Shown here: piece by piece, positions 62,801 to 64,000 of the stretch
How positions within the stretch are numbered: the stretch's first letter is position 1
How the letters are laid out: each line of letters begins with the position of its first letter
Source: the human T2T-CHM13v2.0 reference genome, Homo sapiens
Strand: one strand, 5' to 3'
Assembly (NCBI RefSeq): GCF_009914755.1
Contig: NC_060937.1
Length of the DNA: 64,000 bases
Program-made: the position numbers and the translations under genes
The notes under the pieces: generated by a model
Seen by the model: the letters and a program-made list of their open reading frames with translations, nothing else
Databases searched by the model: none
What the model was told of the DNA's origin: nothing

Positions 62801-64000
62801 ATATGAAATTACATCAAATATATATTATATTAGGTACATAAAATATGAAAGTACATCAAATATAGATTATATACTGTACATAAAATATCAAAGTACCCAA
62901 ATATATATCATATACTGTACATGAAATATCAAAGCTCACACACTATATATTATATACTGTACATAAAATATCAATGTACCCAAACTATACTTTATATACT
63001 GTACATAAAATATGAAATTACATCAATTATATATTATATTAGGTATGTAAAATATGAAAGTACATCAAATAGAGGTTATATACTGTACATAAAATACCAA
63101 AGTACCCCAAATATATATTTTATACTGTACATGAAATATCAAAGTTCTCAAACTATATATTATATACTGCACATAAAATATCAAAGTACCCAAGGTATAT
63201 ATTCCATAATGTACAAAAAATATCAAAGTACCCAAAGCATATATTATATGCTGTACATAAAATATGAAAGTAGATGTAATATATATTTTATTCTCTACAT
63301 AAAATATCAAAGTACACCAAATATATATTCTATACTGTACATAAAATATCAAGGTACCCAAACTATACATTATCTACTGTACATAAAATATGAAATTACA
63401 TCAAATATATATTATATTAGGTACATAAAATATGAAAGTACATCAAATATAGATTATATACTGTACATAAAATATCAAGGTACCCAAATATATATCATAT
63501 ACTGTACATGAAATATCAAAGTTCACAAACTATATATTATATACTGTACATAAAATATCAAAGTACCCAAACTATACATTTTATACTGTACATAAAATAT
63601 GAAATTACATCAAATATATATTATCTTAGGTATGGAAAATATGAAAGTACATCAAATATAGATTATATACTGTACATAAAATACCAAAGTACCCCAAATA
63701 TATATTTTATACTGTACATGAAATATCGAAGTTCTCAAACTATATATTATATACTGCACATAAAATATCAAAGTACCCAAGGTATATATTCCATACTGTA
63801 CAAAAAATATCAAAGTACCCAAAGCATATATTATATGCTGTACATAAAATATGAAAGTACATGAAATATATATTTTATTCTGTACATAAAATATCAAAGT
63901 ACACCAAATATATATTCTATACTGTACATAAAATATCAAGGTACCCAAACTATACATTATATACTGTACATAAAATATGAAATTACATCAAATATATATT
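35887..64000. repeat. 587-bp 14-mer HOR domain, block 3 (one 18-mer at 36474-37228; 13-mer and fused units after 61287)
   Basis: 587-bp stepping of unit starts, with occasional 586/585-bp units from recurrent 1-2 bp deletions (about 39703, 42520, 47214, 52612, 57777, 59067). Confidence 0.93.
41990..51500. repeat. Near-perfect 4694-bp tandem duplication (8 x 14-mer)
   Basis: ORF pairs 42719/47413, 43096/47790, 43683/48377, 44270/48964, 44857/49551, 45444/50138 and 46031/50725 are all offset by 4694 = 8x587-2 and share private variants. Confidence 0.92.

Larger units (their letters stand above)
1..64000. repeat. Human Satellite 1A (HSat1A / SAR / classical satellite I) tandem array, 42-bp monomer
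   Basis: Continuous 42-bp periodicity (14-codon period in the ORF track) from first to last base. Each monomer is a 17-bp ACATAAAATAT(C/G)AAAGT plus a 25-bp ACATCAAATATAGATTATATACTGT-type subunit, matching my recollection of the satellite I A/B subunits. Strongly AT-rich, with the 378-bp 9-mer characteristic of HSat1A. The tandem structure is certain; the family name comes from recognition, not a database search. Confidence 0.93.

Noticed and set aside
4777-63864. Chain of 196-aa ORFs overlapping by ATGA, resembling a translationally coupled operon or tandem gene array
   Set aside because: The 1-bp deletion in the last monomer of each 587-bp HOR shifts the frame so that the TGA in TACATGAAA becomes the stop, overlapping the next unit's ATG. 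There are no ribosome-binding sites, promoters or protein-like complexity, and stops and frameshifts are tolerated freely.
5508-63957. Recurrent 101-aa hydrophobic minus-strand ORFs (MYSLGTLIFY...) resembling small membrane proteins
   Set aside because: They appear only where a single substitution in monomer D removes a minus-strand stop. The hydrophobicity follows from T-rich codons.
1-64000. CRISPR-like array (conserved ATACTGTACATAAAATAT alternating with variable segments)
   Set aside because: The 'spacers' are homologous to each other and recur with HOR periodicity. There are no unique spacers, leader or cas genes.
1-64000. Alpha satellite/CENP-B boxes, HSat1B (DYZ2, Alu-containing), HSat2/3 or telomeric repeats
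   Set aside because: I saw no 171-bp period, CENP-B box, Alu fragment, (CATTC)n or TTAGGG arrays. The TTAGGT in monomer G is a single incidental motif.
1-64000. TATA-like boxes and short palindromes or hairpins (TGTACA, GTATA-N5-TATAC) as promoters or terminators
   Set aside because: These are expected by chance in such an AT-rich repeat, the stems are too short, and no associated gene exists.

Overview
The whole 64-kb window is one uninterrupted, single-orientation, very AT-rich tandem satellite. It is built from a 42-bp monomer (e.g. AAATATCAAAGTACCCAAACTATACATTATATACTGTACATA) made of alternating 17-bp and 25-bp GTAC-delimited subunits. This matches human/great-ape classical Satellite 1A (HSat1A, RepeatMasker 'SAR'); the chromosome cannot be assigned from the sequence alone. 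I see no genes, RNA genes, transposons, CRISPR array or unique sequence, and every listed ORF is explained by the repeat arithmetic. The information is in the higher-order repeat (HOR) structure. Bases 1-4189 are the canonical 378-bp 9-mer (monomers labelled A-I here). At 4190 the array switches abruptly to a derived 587-bp 14-mer (A-F-G-H-I plus a full A-I with a 1-bp deletion) that dominates the rest. Embedded in it are two paralogous relic islands of a different 9-mer subtype, 5-/13-/15-/18-mer structural variants, local 1174-, 1342- and 4694-bp super-periods, and multi-kb dispersed duplications. All alignments were made by eye using the ORF track and shared variants, so breakpoints are approximate.
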